DNA of 64,000 bases. It comes from an uncultured Candidatus Saccharibacteria bacterium (GTDB taxonomy: Bacteria; Patescibacteriota; WWE3; UBA101185; 2-01-FULL-41-18). This document shows positions 22,101 to 29,808 of the stretch, piece after piece (positions within the stretch are counted from its first letter, which is position 1; the number at the start of each line of letters is the position of its first letter). The notes beneath the pieces are model-generated. The model made no database searches. It was given only the letters and a program-made list of their open reading frames with translations, and was not told where the DNA came from. The DNA lies in NCBI GenBank assembly GCA_964636285.1, contig CAZWQF010000004.1, forward strand, positions 67,666 through 131,665, given 5' to 3'. Both the position numbers and the translations under genes were made by a program.

Positions 22101-25100
22101 AGAGTGTAACCTGCACCCCTTCGCCTGTTCCTGCGTTCCCTACCTGAACTGTATCAACATTTCCGGTTGCAAGCTGGTCAAGATTTATCAGGTAGCCAGA
22201 GTCAGTGCCGGAAGCTGCTGGGTTTCTAAAGACAAGAGAATCATCATCTGACGAAAGAGTAATGACAGTTTCTGAACCGTCAGGATCATTTGAGTAACCT
22301 TGCTGTAATGTTGTTGAAGCGCCTGAAATGTTATTCCACGAACCGCTGTACCAAACTTTAACCTGGTTATCGTCAGTATCAAAAGCCAAAAAACCATCTC
22401 CACTTGAAGGCCCACTTGCCAAAGCAGCCTGCGGAAGCTTAAATCCAGAAATTGCATTAGTAGCGTGCGAAATAGCCGAAAGATCAAAAAATCCTGTTGA
22501 GCTTGTAAGGGATAAAACTGCTCCTGTTCCTGCAAGTGTTTGGTTGCCATCAAACCTAACCGAACCATCCACCTCTAATGTGCCTTCAATATAGCCATCC
22601 TCACCATCAAGTGAAACAGTTGGTGAGCCGTTACCAACTTTAAGATTTCCAGTCAGAACATTGAATAAATCAGTCGCAGCACCTGTTGTTAAATCAAGTG
22701 AGTTTGTATCAACCAAAAATGTTGCGTCAGTGCCTGCGCTTGAATCAAATGTCCAGGTAAAGTCGCTGTTAGCTCCAAACGTAGTTGTTCCAATCTCTGT
22801 AGTGTCAAGATTGATTGTAAGTGTGTCTGTGTTTGATGTAACCGTGTCTATCCCATTCGATCCACCCAAAATATTTGCCGAGTTACCGCTTGAAATTGTC
22901 TGGTTTGTTCCACCCGCGTCGCTTGCAAGAGTCCATGACTGGTAGTTATCAAATGTACTCGAAAGGGCTGTTGCGGCGTCAGTTGTAGTAATTCCTGTTA
23001 AATGACCGTATGTATCAAGAGTGATGTCCTGTATAAAACTTGTCCCCGAATTATCAACGCTTGTTTGTGCAGATGTGTCGTCGTGGTCAATTGTTAAAGT
23101 GTTTGTTAGTGCTGTATATGCTGATGTAAGGGCGTTTCCTCCTGAAATCACTAATGAATCGCCAGATGCAATTGATTCGGATACGGTTCCATCTGAAACT
23201 GTCCATCCTGAGTATCCACCTCCACCTATCTGAATGAATGATGTTCCGTTGTATACATAAAGGGCATCTCCTGAGGTATCGTAAACAACATCTCCTTCAA
23301 CTGTCCCTGTAACTCCTGCTGGAGCTCCTGCGTTTGTAGGGAGATTAAGGCCTACGTTGTTGTTGTGAGGAGCTGTTTCAATTCTTCCGTCTGTAGTAAT
23401 AGAACCAATGTTTGTTAAATCTCCTGTGGCTGAGATATCCCAATCGGATGTATTAACTTCCATAGTGTCCCCACCATCTCCAAGGATTACGCTTCCTCCT
23501 GGAGTTAGAGTGAATGCTCCAGTTGTTGTAAAGGTTGTTGAAGCTCCATCAAATGCTATGTTTGTATCGGCTATGGAGAGATCACCGTTGGAATCTAGAG
23601 TTCCGTTTGCGTTTAAAGTGCTAGTCACTGTTGCAGTACCGTCAAAATTTGCGGACACATTAATGTCTAAAACATCTGCATAAATATTATCCCAGGGCAA
23701 AGACGAACCTCCAAGATCATTTGTCCCTACAGTACCCACTGGGATAACATCAGAATCTTGGGCTACTCTGGCAGTTATTGTAACAATATCGCTAGTAGCG
23801 TTACCTAGTGTCGTATTACCGTTTGCTGTCAGATCAGCTGTTGCAGTGATATTAGAGGTAGCTGTGATTGAGCCAGCAGCCACAACATCCCCACTATTTG
23901 AAATTGTAAGAGAATCAGTCCCATCATACTGCTCAAACACTACAAGACCTGCTGTTTGCCCATTCACACCTTGGACTAAAAATTGAATTTGGTCAGCATC
24001 CCCATCAATTGAGAATTTTGATGACGAAAGTGGGGAGCTTCCACCAAGCACTAACTCATCTGTTGTGTCTGTTAAGTAAACAGTGCTTCCAGAATCTGTC
24101 CACTTTGAACCTCCTGCTCCGCCTGAACAGTTTCCAGAGCTTAAGCAAACGGTGCCTGTTTCGGCTGGCAGTGTAATAGTTGCATCTGCCAAAGCATCTT
24201 CTGAAGTTAATATAACTTCATAGTCATCTGCAGTCACACCCTCAAAATATAATGTATGTCCTTGAGTGCCATCAAAAGCTGCGCCGGAACCAATATTTCC
24301 AACCGCAGTAATATCTCCAACCCCTCCAATACCTGAAGGTGCTGTACATGTCCATGCTCCACCGCCTCCTGATACCCACATGAGTACTTCGGAGTCATTA
24401 CATCCTCCAAGTAGTCTTAGTCCTGATGCATCTGTTTCCAAACCTGAGTTTGATGACGCATTGAGAGTTACTCCTGTTGTGGTCGTATCAAGATCAATTT
24501 GATCAGATCCTGCGGTAAGTCCATTGCCAACTCCAACGGCTAAGGTTGCTGCTCCCCCTTCGCTTGATACATCTCCCGTTAAACCATTTCCTGCCGTGAT
24601 TGAAGCAACATAGTTACCTGTTGTATCTGTTCCAAGTGCTACTGCGTCTGCTGAGATAGTTAAGTTTCCATTCGTACTGTTGATAGTTGCATCCCCTCCT
24701 AATGTTCTAAAGATAGGAGCTGTGGAAGATACACCTACTAGAATCTGACCGTCTGTGCCGGCGGTTGTAGCACCAATTGCTGAAGCTCCATTTCCATAAA
24801 GTATTCCATTTGAGGTTAAGGTTGTTGCTCCTGTTCCACCATTCCCAACTCCAAGCGTTCCAGTAATGTCTGAGCTCGCAAGACCTACAGCACTTGCAGA
24901 TAAAGTTCCAGAGTTGGATTTAACAACACCAGTTCCTAACCCGCTAACAACAAGGCTTCCAAAAGTTCCAGAACCTGTAACAGAAACATCCCCAGAAAAA
25001 GAAACGTCCCCTGTTGAATCTACTACTAAGTATCCTGTAGACCCTGCATTGTTCGTGACACTAAAAACATTGGCACCGCCTGAAGGAGCTTGAGCAACCG

Positions 25101-26346
25101 AAAGACCAGTTACGTTTCCTGCAGTAGGCGTGATTACTTGATTAGTTGCAGGATCCATTAGAACACATGTAGGGCAGCTTCCACTTCCGGCGCTATTCCA
25201 TACTGGATTTCCTCCTGAAACGGTGAGAATCTGACCTGCAGTTCCTATTGGGAGTCTTGAAAGAGTGTTTGCAGAAGATGCATAAAGAATGTCCCCAGTT
25301 ACATAAGAGGTTAGGCCTGTGCCTCCAACTGTTGTACCCACAACTCCGCTGTTCACTGCATTTCCAGAAACACTTGCGCTAGAAGATAGTGTGATCTCAT
25401 CAGCAACATCAGCGTCTGTTATACAACTTGCGCAACCTCCATTGCTCCTAACGTCAGCAAGGTCAAGATTTTCAACGCTACTCAAATCAGCAGATATTGT
25501 TAACCCGTCTATTTGGATATTATCTCCAGCTTCTAGTTCAACATCGCCTTCCTCCCCCTGAAATGTTTTAACGCCCTCTGTTAAATCCCCTGAAAACGAA
25601 ATTGTAGGCGTCTGACCGGCAGTGATTGCCACATTTGTCCCAGCTACTAAACCGTAGATAACATTAGCAGCCGTTATACGACCAGTGCCAAGATTTAAAT
25701 TATACGAATCAGCATCTATATTTCCGTTAATCTCGACTTCGCCATCTAAAAGTGTTTTTCCTTTTACACTTAACCCCTGCTCAACACTAAGCCCAGCATT
25801 AAAATAAGCTGGTATCTGAAACGAAACTTTACCAAGTACTGCGTCCTCAGCAGTGCCTAGAATTGCATAATTGCCTTCAGTAAAGCCCTCAAGCTGAGCA
25901 GTCTCTTTACCAAGAAAAGCGTTTAGAAGCTGAAATGAACCAATGAACCCACTGATAAGTAGCACAAACATCCCAACGATATAAGCGTAAACAGCTCTTT
26001 TTGTAACACTTGTAAAGATTGATTTGGCGTTCCTGCCTGTTGAGATATAAGAGACTAGGTCTTCGTTTTTCTTTGGGTCATACTTGTCTAAGTACTCCTT
26101 GAACAAAGCGCTTTGCCCCGCTCTCTTTTTTGCTATATCAAATTTTCTCTCGACTGAATTTTGGGATAAATAAGATTTAAGTTTTTCTACCTCGGGTTTT
26201 TCGTAAAATCTATATCCAGACGCTCCATCCCTTTTAGACACAATTAAGCCCTCGGCTTCATACCTCCTAAGTGAGGATTTTGAAACTCCAAGAAACTCGG
26301 AGGCATCTTTAATTGATAACAGGTCTTGAGCAGGTACTTCGGGCAT
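10165..26346 (-). CDS. Giant (~5393 aa) cell-surface repeat protein with N-terminal cytoplasmic MerR/excisionase-like HTH, one TM helix, and a Thr/Ser/Gly-rich extracellular region
   Basis: One continuous 16-kb ORF. Start set at ATG 26346 (MPEVPAQDLL) because a TTGACA-16-TATACT promoter lies inside the ORF-track 5' extension. HTH: LSIKDASEFLGVSKSSLRRYEAEGLI. TM: AVYAYIVGMFVLLISGFIGSF. Several ~100-aa modules recur 3-4 times (DWDISATGDLTNIGSITTDGRIETA..., LRLPQANSFTNPTSGEGYLAWDADDNALYAY). A lectin-like region lies at ~11700-12300, a GRVPVK module at ~11160-11560, and a coiled-coil plus a C-terminal beta domain follow. Confidence 0.85.
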   Translation of the reverse strand: MPEVPAQDLLSIKDASEFLGVSKSSLRRYEAEGLIVSKRDGASGYRFYEKPEVEKLKSYLSQNSVERKFDIAKKRAGQSALFKEYLDKYDPKKNEDLVSYISTGRNAKSIFTSVTKRAVYAYIVGMFVLLISGFIGSFQLLNAFLGKETAQLEGFTEGNYAILGTAEDAVLGKVSFQIPAYFNAGLSVEQGLSVKGKTLLDGEVEINGNIDADSYNLNLGTGRITAANVIYGLVAGTNVAITAGQTPTISFSGDLTEGVKTFQGEEGDVELEAGDNIQIDGLTISADLSSVENLDLADVRSNGGCASCITDADVADEITLSSSASVSGNAVNSGVVGTTVGGTGLTSYVTGDILYASSANTLSRLPIGTAGQILTVSGGNPVWNSAGSGSCPTCVLMDPATNQVITPTAGNVTGLSVAQAPSGGANVFSVTNNAGSTGYLVVDSTGDVSFSGDVSVTGSGTFGSLVVSGLGTGVVKSNSGTLSASAVGLASSDITGTLGVGNGGTGATTLTSNGILYGNGASAIGATTAGTDGQILVGVSSTAPIFRTLGGDATINSTNGNLTISADAVALGTDTTGNYVASITAGNGLTGDVSSEGGAATLAVGVGNGLTAGSDQIDLDTTTTGVTLNASSNSGLETDASGLRLLGGCNDSEVLMWVSGGGGAWTCTAPSGIGGVGDITAVGNIGSGAAFDGTQGHTLYFEGVTADDYEVILTSEDALADATITLPAETGTVCLSSGNCSGGAGGSKWTDSGSTVYLTDTTDELVLGGSSPLSSSKFSIDGDADQIQFLVQGVNGQTAGLVVFEQYDGTDSLTISNSGDVVAAGSITATSNITATADLTANGNTTLGNATSDIVTITARVAQDSDVIPVGTVGTNDLGGSSLPWDNIYADVLDINVSANFDGTATVTSTLNANGTLDSNGDLSIADTNIAFDGASTTFTTTGAFTLTPGGSVILGDGGDTMEVNTSDWDISATGDLTNIGSITTDGRIETAPHNNNVGLNLPTNAGAPAGVTGTVEGDVVYDTSGDALYVYNGTSFIQIGGGGYSGWTVSDGTVSESIASGDSLVISGGNALTSAYTALTNTLTIDHDDTSAQTSVDNSGTSFIQDITLDTYGHLTGITTTDAATALSSTFDNYQSWTLASDAGGTNQTISSGNSANILGGSNGIDTVTSNTDTLTINLDTTEIGTTTFGANSDFTWTFDSSAGTDATFLVDTNSLDLTTGAATDLFNVLTGNLKVGNGSPTVSLDGEDGYIEGTLEVDGSVRFDGNQTLAGTGAVLSLTSSTGFFDLSAISHATNAISGFKLPQAALASGPSSGDGFLAFDTDDNQVKVWYSGSWNNISGASTTLQQGYSNDPDGSETVITLSSDDDSLVFRNPAASGTDSGYLINLDQLATGNVDTVQVGNAGTGEGVQVTLSNASGTRTNGILIDQTGAGTTTNAINITETAGAITTGINIGGGLSTAVNIVTGSTIGINLNANTIENIGNAGTDFDSSGGLTIAGTTTANGTLTANGTLDANGVFTLGDGGDTGAIDTSDWDISATGDLTNIGSITTDGRIETAGHNNGVGLNIPTNAGAPVGVTGSAAGDLVWDTSGGVLYVYNGATFTPVAGGAYSAWALSGDSGSDQTISANDTAEFTGGVGIDTATSLTDTLTLTFDSTEIGTTTWGTTSDFVWTFGTSAATDTTLGFDSNSTDLTLGATADIFNVLTGNIKLGNGTPDNALDGEDAYIEGNLEVDGWAEFTGNAYFGGVAENIPNAAVVTVAGSLEDTTNWQNSLLVDTSVWPSGISNEKYIGIKSNLYTTLTADRLSGAEMQSMEAGIYYDPAVVATLGTATGLMTKIWSANSDATITNAFGVVIETPDSTGTIVNNYGLRIKDQGVSTTDKYNIYSDGSGYHFFEGQTGIGAGADAPSNQLEVRSVTSPQFRVAYDSSNYVTEGVASNGAVTFDAAGAGASFTFSDGVTVSSTLVTTGALTANGTLDSNGDLSIADTNIAFDGASTTFTTTGAFTLTPGGSVILGDGGDTMEVNTSDWDISATGDLTNIGSITTDGRIETAPHNNNVGLNLPTNAGAPAGVTGTVEGDVVYDTSGDALYVYNGTSFIQIGGGGYSGWTVDSSDDAETRLIASGATVLFNGGTNGIDVDVSGVADQLTINLDTTEIGTTTFGSEAGITWTFNASAGVDSTFAFGDNTLNITTGTTTLTGDAVVTGGDLDITGVTASNGLDLTTANSDSFSVRVANTGVAGEAHTTLEASDGDFIIKTQTGSLLIKDDRNTNGVYQAVVDDELFIFGESVQDASVYFGADTSYPNISSSSSNLILSNALESIFRSSSQVMNPGVEQSILMVDGAGSSINPASGSNIINHLYIDPINVNHTGSANYVYGINLGALPIDDLQANEYGVYIGASWDSDLVFGDTTPRIQLANASTLTLYDGTQNLLTIADNGTAATLSLPNTGFIDLSAITHGSAANQGLRLPQANSFTNPTSGEGYLAWDADDNALYAYNGSSWQNVSGASTTLQNAYDNDADGSNSILALTSADDSLILRNPAASGTDSGYLMNLDQLATGAVDALQISNAGTGEALQVSLANVAGSTTNGALIEQTGAGTITNLLNLTRTAGTVTTGLNITGTMTNGIDLNANTVVNIGNSGTDFTSTGGLTLAGDLTSNGNTTIGNASGDTLTLNAATVTVANDTDFTLTGGINGLSFDGSTFSVDASSDRIGIGTAAPDYQLDVVNSAASMARIQTTGTSDVQQAALFLENSRGTLASYGGIFYGGTGYTSFDYFGLDRADKYFVVAGGASNLGMGVGTSTSQPLVLGTNNQERIRIEGAGDVGIGTTDPNNPLEVLSTTEPQFRLAYSTGAYAIFDVTNTGRLYIDTTAAVANSIEFAKGVTASSTLTTTGQLTANGAFVANGNVNLGSDSADVITVNGLIQTDNDLIPVGTTGVSDLGSSSTPWDNLYVNTVTQNGTTLANTYAPINSNFVTVTTNGTLTGETGIDNLTTAISTTSTLNVDSSSTLNAVTLDAGANFTMTSGAGAFTQTYTGTTTDAHTITAASLTSGSAVALNGPSGGTSGVTNGLVELTTDINDTGAALLISGTVDTTTALGYGDGIRVDLTNSPSTEANAVVGVNSNVTDSTTLANFLYGVSSTVTNSATSGSKGSATSGYFGIANSGAGSITTATGVYGSLLASSGSIGTAIGVQGRVSANGTGSISTSATGILSQIANTTTMPTVYGVRMDGWSNSGTVNTSYGLYMDTSIDVGSTGRYALYSTSTSNSYLVGNVGIGTGSSGTANKLEVRSTTSPQLRVAYDSTYYLTIGSAGSGTVTFDAAGSGAGFAFNDGITMAGTIVPDGNNYYALGSPTDAWAGVYGYDFRTGDTLIIDDGIDGANLTTFTANADGSLTLDSAGSSPRFIFSDAITASTSLTLSSVTGFLDLGAVTHASSANQGFRLPQANSFTNPTSGEGYLAWDADDNALYAYDGSSWVSVNGASTTLQQAYGNDAAGSDTIVALTSADDSLIFRNPAASGTDSAYLLNIDQLATGTQDALQISNAGTGELIQLSSSHTSGTKTNGILLDQSGAGTLTNGVNITNSAGALTNAITIGSGAQTITTALNIASTGVTTDIRLQNGETIDNNTDGTITLGGDVSIDGSLSIDPGSTKYSQLIAATDNLYYEGPTSHVFRNYITGSDFSGSQFISTLTIDGPEYSINIPMDGNDSQSGIYVNPPARDHTGTGNNVYGMYVNSITADPQAVGTGLYIGSNWDYEMYFAGTTPTMRIASGETFAINDGTQNLLTIADNGAAATLSLPNTGYIDLGSITYGSTASQGLRLPQAASFSNPSTGEGYLAYDSDDDRLYMYTSSGWTDVSGASTTFQQAYSNDADGSDATVTLSGTDDSIVFTNPSSSGTDSSFMMSLTQQAAGDIDTLRLSNSGTGNEIDLTSTTPSISIADTGTLTISDNTNSLLTLTDNSNSGLLSTGDLTLGLNDSSATITTADTDEALTIQPNGVGALNLTTTTGSQVFTSAVATTGTTSSSWVFSNNSLTSGTGAYFNSSSLTTGRLMDLTTGSANTLSTGTILNVMSQSTALTTATTGGSLGYFDWSPGSSATATGDLFRINIGSNGSTSGNLFNVTDNGTSLFSVSETGITSALPHSFTAAGDVSIAYDLQFTNQTASYIKSNAPLYLEAGESFESNDLTLRTFNAGSIVSDLTGTGNFEIYPSATSRTTEPVLTLSTASYVHTAAESARYLDLAFTDASTNTTGNSSTSGIYVAPTINTSGAGTKDVSSIEAASPTITGCASGACTISSLRASTIQSGAASTLVNNGIRVSAYGISAGTLNGLNVSSITPGAGTEYGVTLGSGWDANLYSVDTTTVFKIANGGTWTFEDDAATDGNDILVLSDVSASSNHVLSGDSDTGLVLSGMTVDLSTGTNEDLAITPNGSGDIRLNSDDDSYIWAIGSTNTTGDVIRADIGSSATTGSAILATGYSNSASANTGLIESFLTALPSISNYSTNMYLSTSVDESASSSSTISGLRNTVSSTQTISGLNMYGDYTTVTNSGLVDGGSKTLYGGYYSVSASNSYNTSTTNAYAGYFSASASQGSGSGTVNSYGVYVANGTSSTNGTSTKYGLYVAGQSGADTNYSAMFDTINSTTSNAATIAIGNRASTDTNNYTTLNVRNAGTGYFNLELVKGFINMQGMNTFQDDFMGRMLDTNNWQNPTATGAATCNFTFQTAVVNGVLRHTTGTTNPGACYTSTQATLTNGFYQRQNNPVFETSVKLGTDTNGSQRAFFGLSTAVPGSGSDTLTGAHAYIGKRAADTTWQCITSDGTTESVTSTGVDISTTTFQRLRVWLQNGTTPQVICSVDGTAVSKTTNIPGATTLMDIMLKTETSDTTSENNDIDYVRTWQDDPEPSSLTQANSQPSVLDGLAGGIDMTTTSDISEMYQRDIETYAEAKPGDVVSLNDNGQITLSSIESDRKLLGVISTDSSLIVGGGKFNSAAKVAISGRVPVKISPDSDPIVPGDYLTSSTTVGMAKKATKSGIMLGRAIEFWNPGDSKDRVLMVVSTNWASPDSMMTLTDGGSLTSEAYTKAEVDAKLSDIDRTLGVSNSKDEAQAIISGVATSLNEKIDSLSGRILALESQLSALESSNSAEALSTDVREGDNLSDEFATKDQATDLQSQIDSLKATLKILTGESFEATSSSELSESSESAELSASSSVKSLQVNEFARVLGDLRVAGQSFLSDLNVAGKLTVGLLTISDADQSISSIGTLKLQSDVLAGDLDIFNGKVVISNDGAITAVKLVADSVEAEEGVINSLSIEKLNVSQVSADDNVNQNAALGSAVIKAGSKSVKVTSNKLTSKSLVFVTSKDKPLSVAYKILSDNEFEVLIDASQSSDTTINWWLIN

Positions 26347-26387
26347 TATATTTTTGCGCCGTTGCGCTAAAATTTGGTGATACATTG

Positions 26388-26415
26388 AGTATAGAACCGC
26401 ACCAAAAAATGTCAA
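26388..26415 (-). promoter_or_regulatory. Sigma70-like promoter for the giant gene
   Basis: Minus strand: TTGACA (26415-26410), 16-nt spacer, TATACT (26393-26388), ~40 nt upstream of ATG 26346. Confidence 0.5.
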
Positions 26416-26579
26416 CAATTTAGTGTTATAGAATCAAGGTTTATAAATACTATGGGTACAAAATGAACTATGAAAAGTTAGGAATTTCTGAGAGGTAACT
26501 GAGATTTTTTTAAGGGTTTTTAATCTTGATGTGCGTACGGCTAGTCTCTAATTAAACATTAAACGTGGTGATTCAGGTG

Positions 26580-26915
26580 CTAGAGGCCAAAATTAGACTT
26601 CATCTTTGTTGAAATAAGCTCAACAAGCTCCGGTTCTCCTCTTACATATCTATCCGGAATACCAAAATCTACAATCTTTTTGTTCATGGGCTTAAGAAAA
26701 GGGAATTTTTGATGTAGCTTAAATGAATGCCTGTCGTGCATACCGTCCATTACAACAATAACATCCGCCCACTCTACCATCTCCTTTGTCACAATTTTCT
26801 CTGCGTCAGCATCAACTCCAGCTGATTTTACCTCTACATTGCCCCTACCTTTGTACATGTCTTCTGCTGTAGGGCTTCTATCTTTGTTTCTGGAGCAAAT
26901 AAACAGTATTTTCAC
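26580..26915 (-). CDS. Low-molecular-weight protein-tyrosine phosphatase / ArsC-like (CX5R P-loop)
   Basis: N-terminal KILFICSRNKDRSPTAE is a C-x5-R(S/T) signature; 111 aa. Confidence 0.75.
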   Translation of the reverse strand: MKILFICSRNKDRSPTAEDMYKGRGNVEVKSAGVDADAEKIVTKEMVEWADVIVVMDGMHDRHSFKLHQKFPFLKPMNKKIVDFGIPDRYVRGEPELVELISTKMKSNFGL

Positions 26916-26972
26916 AATTTAAAATAGTACCAAATTGAACCTTAAAATAAAATAGCTAAAACCATGACAATC

Positions 26973-28463
26973 TTACGAACCCCTTTGTTCAGGCTGACCT
27001 CCCCGTATCTCTTTGTATTTTCCTTCGTAACTTTTAATTACTTCTTCCACTTTTTCGTTACCAAGCTCCACCCTAACCAAATCTATGGCATTTATTGCAT
27101 CATAGACGTCAGACTTGTTCTCAAGTTTGTAGTAAGCGTCACGCCAGAGAATGGCTTTTTCATACTCCCCAACTTCAGCTGCTTTTTTCTCTAGTTGTCT
27201 TATCATGTCTATGAAAGCAAGGTACACATTTTCTTTACCAGAAGTCTCAAGGGTCCTTTCCTTAAAAGGTATCCTTAGCACCCCATTTTGCTGAGATGCC
27301 ATATCTCTAATTTTTCCGCTTCTTTGCCAATCTAATGCTGTTGTAACAATCTTTTCGCAAAAATCTTGGCCTTTGTTTACCTCTTCTTGAGTTACATCAG
27401 GAATCCTTTTTAAAACCGAAAGAAGTTTGTAGGCCGCTTCGGTAATCATATCAAGTCCCCACCAAGGTTTGGCAGACGCCCACCAGTAGTGATCACTGGC
27501 AATACACTTGTCCATATCAGCTCTTATCTCAGAATATCCTGAAACAGATTCGTCTAATGCGTGTACTTTATTCAATACAAAATGTAGGAAGTCCCATTGC
27601 ATGGTATGGATTTCGTTGGCTGGATCTGACCATGACAAAAACTGAATATTACTGTCAATATCTTGCTTACTGCTTGCCCAGTTAGATGCTACTGGGCTGA
27701 TTTCCTCAACATTTGGATAAAGACCTATAAGCTCAGAGATCCCCACGAGCCTGTAAGCCTTTGAGGCAAGGATGTCCGACATAAGTTTTTCAAGGCCAGG
27801 CCTGTGGTGACCAAACGTCTCGCCATCCATAGCGGTAATAATGTAGTTTCCCGATCTAATTTCATGCTTCATCCCCTCAAACAGTGTGTCTCCTGATCTT
27901 GGGACCGCAGCCATGATTGTGTTACTGAGTCTCCTCTCCCTAAAGAATGCAAAGACATTAGAACCCTTTATCTTGTAGGTCTTTGAATAATCCACGGTAC
28001 CAACATTCCCGTCTTTGGCAATCTCATCTATTAGTAACCACTTGTACCCAAGCTCCTCAATAATTTTCTCAAGCCCAGGTTTGTAACCCATCTCAGGAGG
28101 AAAAAAGCCGACCGGTTTATAACCTTCGCCAAGAAAATATCTATTAGTGTCATAGTTTATCTTAATCTGTCTATATATTTCTTTCTCTGGTGTTAGTGGC
28201 AAGAAAGCGTGGAACTTGGCTGACCCAGTAAATTCAATTTGCCCGTTCGCGCCAAGCTCTCTCATTAAATCCAAAATGTCATGAAAACCATATTTATCTA
28301 AAAGCTCTGTCAAAGATGCGTTTATATTCAAGTTAATTTTTGCATGAGGATTTGCCTTCAAACTTGTAAGCAGTGGTCTATAGCTCTGCTTTACTACAGC
28401 CTCAATAATGTCTTTGTATTGATCCGCGGGTTGATAAATATGTAAAAAATTTGCCCAAACCAT
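26973..28463 (-). CDS. Glycoside hydrolase family 57 alpha-glucan enzyme (branching enzyme / 4-alpha-glucanotransferase-like)
   Basis: LHIYQP N-terminus, catalytic MDGETFGHH motif, 496 aa. Confidence 0.8.
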   Translation of the reverse strand: MVWANFLHIYQPADQYKDIIEAVVKQSYRPLLTSLKANPHAKINLNINASLTELLDKYGFHDILDLMRELGANGQIEFTGSAKFHAFLPLTPEKEIYRQIKINYDTNRYFLGEGYKPVGFFPPEMGYKPGLEKIIEELGYKWLLIDEIAKDGNVGTVDYSKTYKIKGSNVFAFFRERRLSNTIMAAVPRSGDTLFEGMKHEIRSGNYIITAMDGETFGHHRPGLEKLMSDILASKAYRLVGISELIGLYPNVEEISPVASNWASSKQDIDSNIQFLSWSDPANEIHTMQWDFLHFVLNKVHALDESVSGYSEIRADMDKCIASDHYWWASAKPWWGLDMITEAAYKLLSVLKRIPDVTQEEVNKGQDFCEKIVTTALDWQRSGKIRDMASQQNGVLRIPFKERTLETSGKENVYLAFIDMIRQLEKKAAEVGEYEKAILWRDAYYKLENKSDVYDAINAIDLVRVELGNEKVEEVIKSYEGKYKEIRGGQPEQRGS

Positions 28464-28491
28464 AAAAATTAGCAGGATAAAAAATTATTAA

Positions 28492-29781
28492 CTAATTGGA
28501 GGTCTTCAAAGCACCAAGAATGTTGTCCCTAAGGGTTTTAGCTTCCTTTATCACTCTTTCCTGATCTTTGGGAATTCTATCCACAACCTTCATCAAAATC
28601 TCCAAACTTCTTTTGATCATATTTAAATCATAATAAGGATTCTTGCAGGACCACCAGTACTTATCCGAATTTAAGGCTTTATCTAAAGAAACTCTGAGCT
28701 TTATCACATCTTTAACCTCATTGCTTAACTCCTGATTATTTGAAAGAAGGTTAAAATTCCAAACTGGTAGGTTATTTGCAGACTCTGGAAATGTAGCAAC
28801 CGAAGGATTGGCAAAAGCCGACTTCTCAAGCACATCCTTACAGTAATCAAGTAGCAATTTTTCAAACTGCATAAACTGCTCATGTAAAAAGTTACCCGAA
28901 ATATACCACCTAGGATATAAATTTCCCTGAGCAACATCCTCATCTGAAGCACCCCAGGAAGACTCTACAACTTTTGTTTCTTTCTTGGATCTAAATTCAT
29001 CAACAACTTCTGAGTAAGTTGCAAATGTAGAACCTTGCATCAAGACTTCGTCTACCAAATTCTCCAAAAGCTCTATACCCTCTTTGTTATGGTGCCCAAA
29101 AGTTTCTCCGTCAAGTGCTATAAAAACAAATTTGTGACCACAGGACTTAATATAGTTAAATCCTTCCATAAAGTCAGAAGGGTCTGCATCCCTCTTAAAT
29201 GCCAGTGAGAGGCTCAACGCTCTATTTCTAACAGCAAGGGCAACACTTGTTCCCTCGGCCTTGTGAATATGTGCTAGATCATAAGCAGTGCCCTTATCAA
29301 CGGCTACTTCATCCACGGCAACCCATTCGTAAGCAAGCTCATTTAGCACATTTACAACCTTGGTGCTAACAGACATTTCGGGAGGAAAAAATCCTTTAAT
29401 ACCTTTAATCATCAATGAAGGCTCCCCTTCAAACCCAGATGTCTTCCCAAGATAATAAGCAAGACCTCCTTCGTTTAAAATGATCTGCCTTTCAATCTCA
29501 GGCTCTTCAAATTTTGTTAAGATTGGGTGAAAAGCTCCTGAGCCAACAATTTCTACCCTACCTGCAGCAACAAGACTTTTAATCTCAGGCATAAATGTCT
29601 CAATTTTTTCTTTTTCAAACCATTCAAGAAGGCTGAGTGGAACATTAAGTGTAAGTTTAAGATCTTTCTTTGCTCTTAGAAGCTTTAAAAGTGGCAAGTA
29701 TGATGACTTAGCAATCTCGTGCACAACGTGCGCGTTCTGCTGAGGCGGTTGATAAAGGTGTAGGAGCAATGCAACTTTCAT
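28492..29781 (-). CDS. Second GH57 paralog
   Basis: LHLYQPPQQ N-terminus, ALDGETFGHH motif, 429 aa. Confidence 0.8.
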   Translation of the reverse strand: MKVALLLHLYQPPQQNAHVVHEIAKSSYLPLLKLLRAKKDLKLTLNVPLSLLEWFEKEKIETFMPEIKSLVAAGRVEIVGSGAFHPILTKFEEPEIERQIILNEGGLAYYLGKTSGFEGEPSLMIKGIKGFFPPEMSVSTKVVNVLNELAYEWVAVDEVAVDKGTAYDLAHIHKAEGTSVALAVRNRALSLSLAFKRDADPSDFMEGFNYIKSCGHKFVFIALDGETFGHHNKEGIELLENLVDEVLMQGSTFATYSEVVDEFRSKKETKVVESSWGASDEDVAQGNLYPRWYISGNFLHEQFMQFEKLLLDYCKDVLEKSAFANPSVATFPESANNLPVWNFNLLSNNQELSNEVKDVIKLRVSLDKALNSDKYWWSCKNPYYDLNMIKRSLEILMKVVDRIPKDQERVIKEAKTLRDNILGALKTSN

Positions 29782-29808
29782 AACGGCTTTTTTGTATCTC
29801 AGATGTAA

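Noticed and set aside
12462-25561. Dozens of 60-140-aa ORFs on the plus strand inside the 16-kb minus-strand gene (e.g. 20225..20554, 21707..22060, 23408..23683)
   Set aside because: They are antisense to a continuous 5393-aa ORF, have low-complexity P/S/V composition, and the identical ones simply mirror the intragenic DNA repeats. They are not independent genes.
26347-26418. 5' extension of the giant ORF (MLTFFGAVLYSMYHQILAQRRKNI)
   Set aside because: It contains a near-consensus TTGACA-16-TATACT promoter on the coding strand, so translation most likely starts at the downstream ATG 26346.
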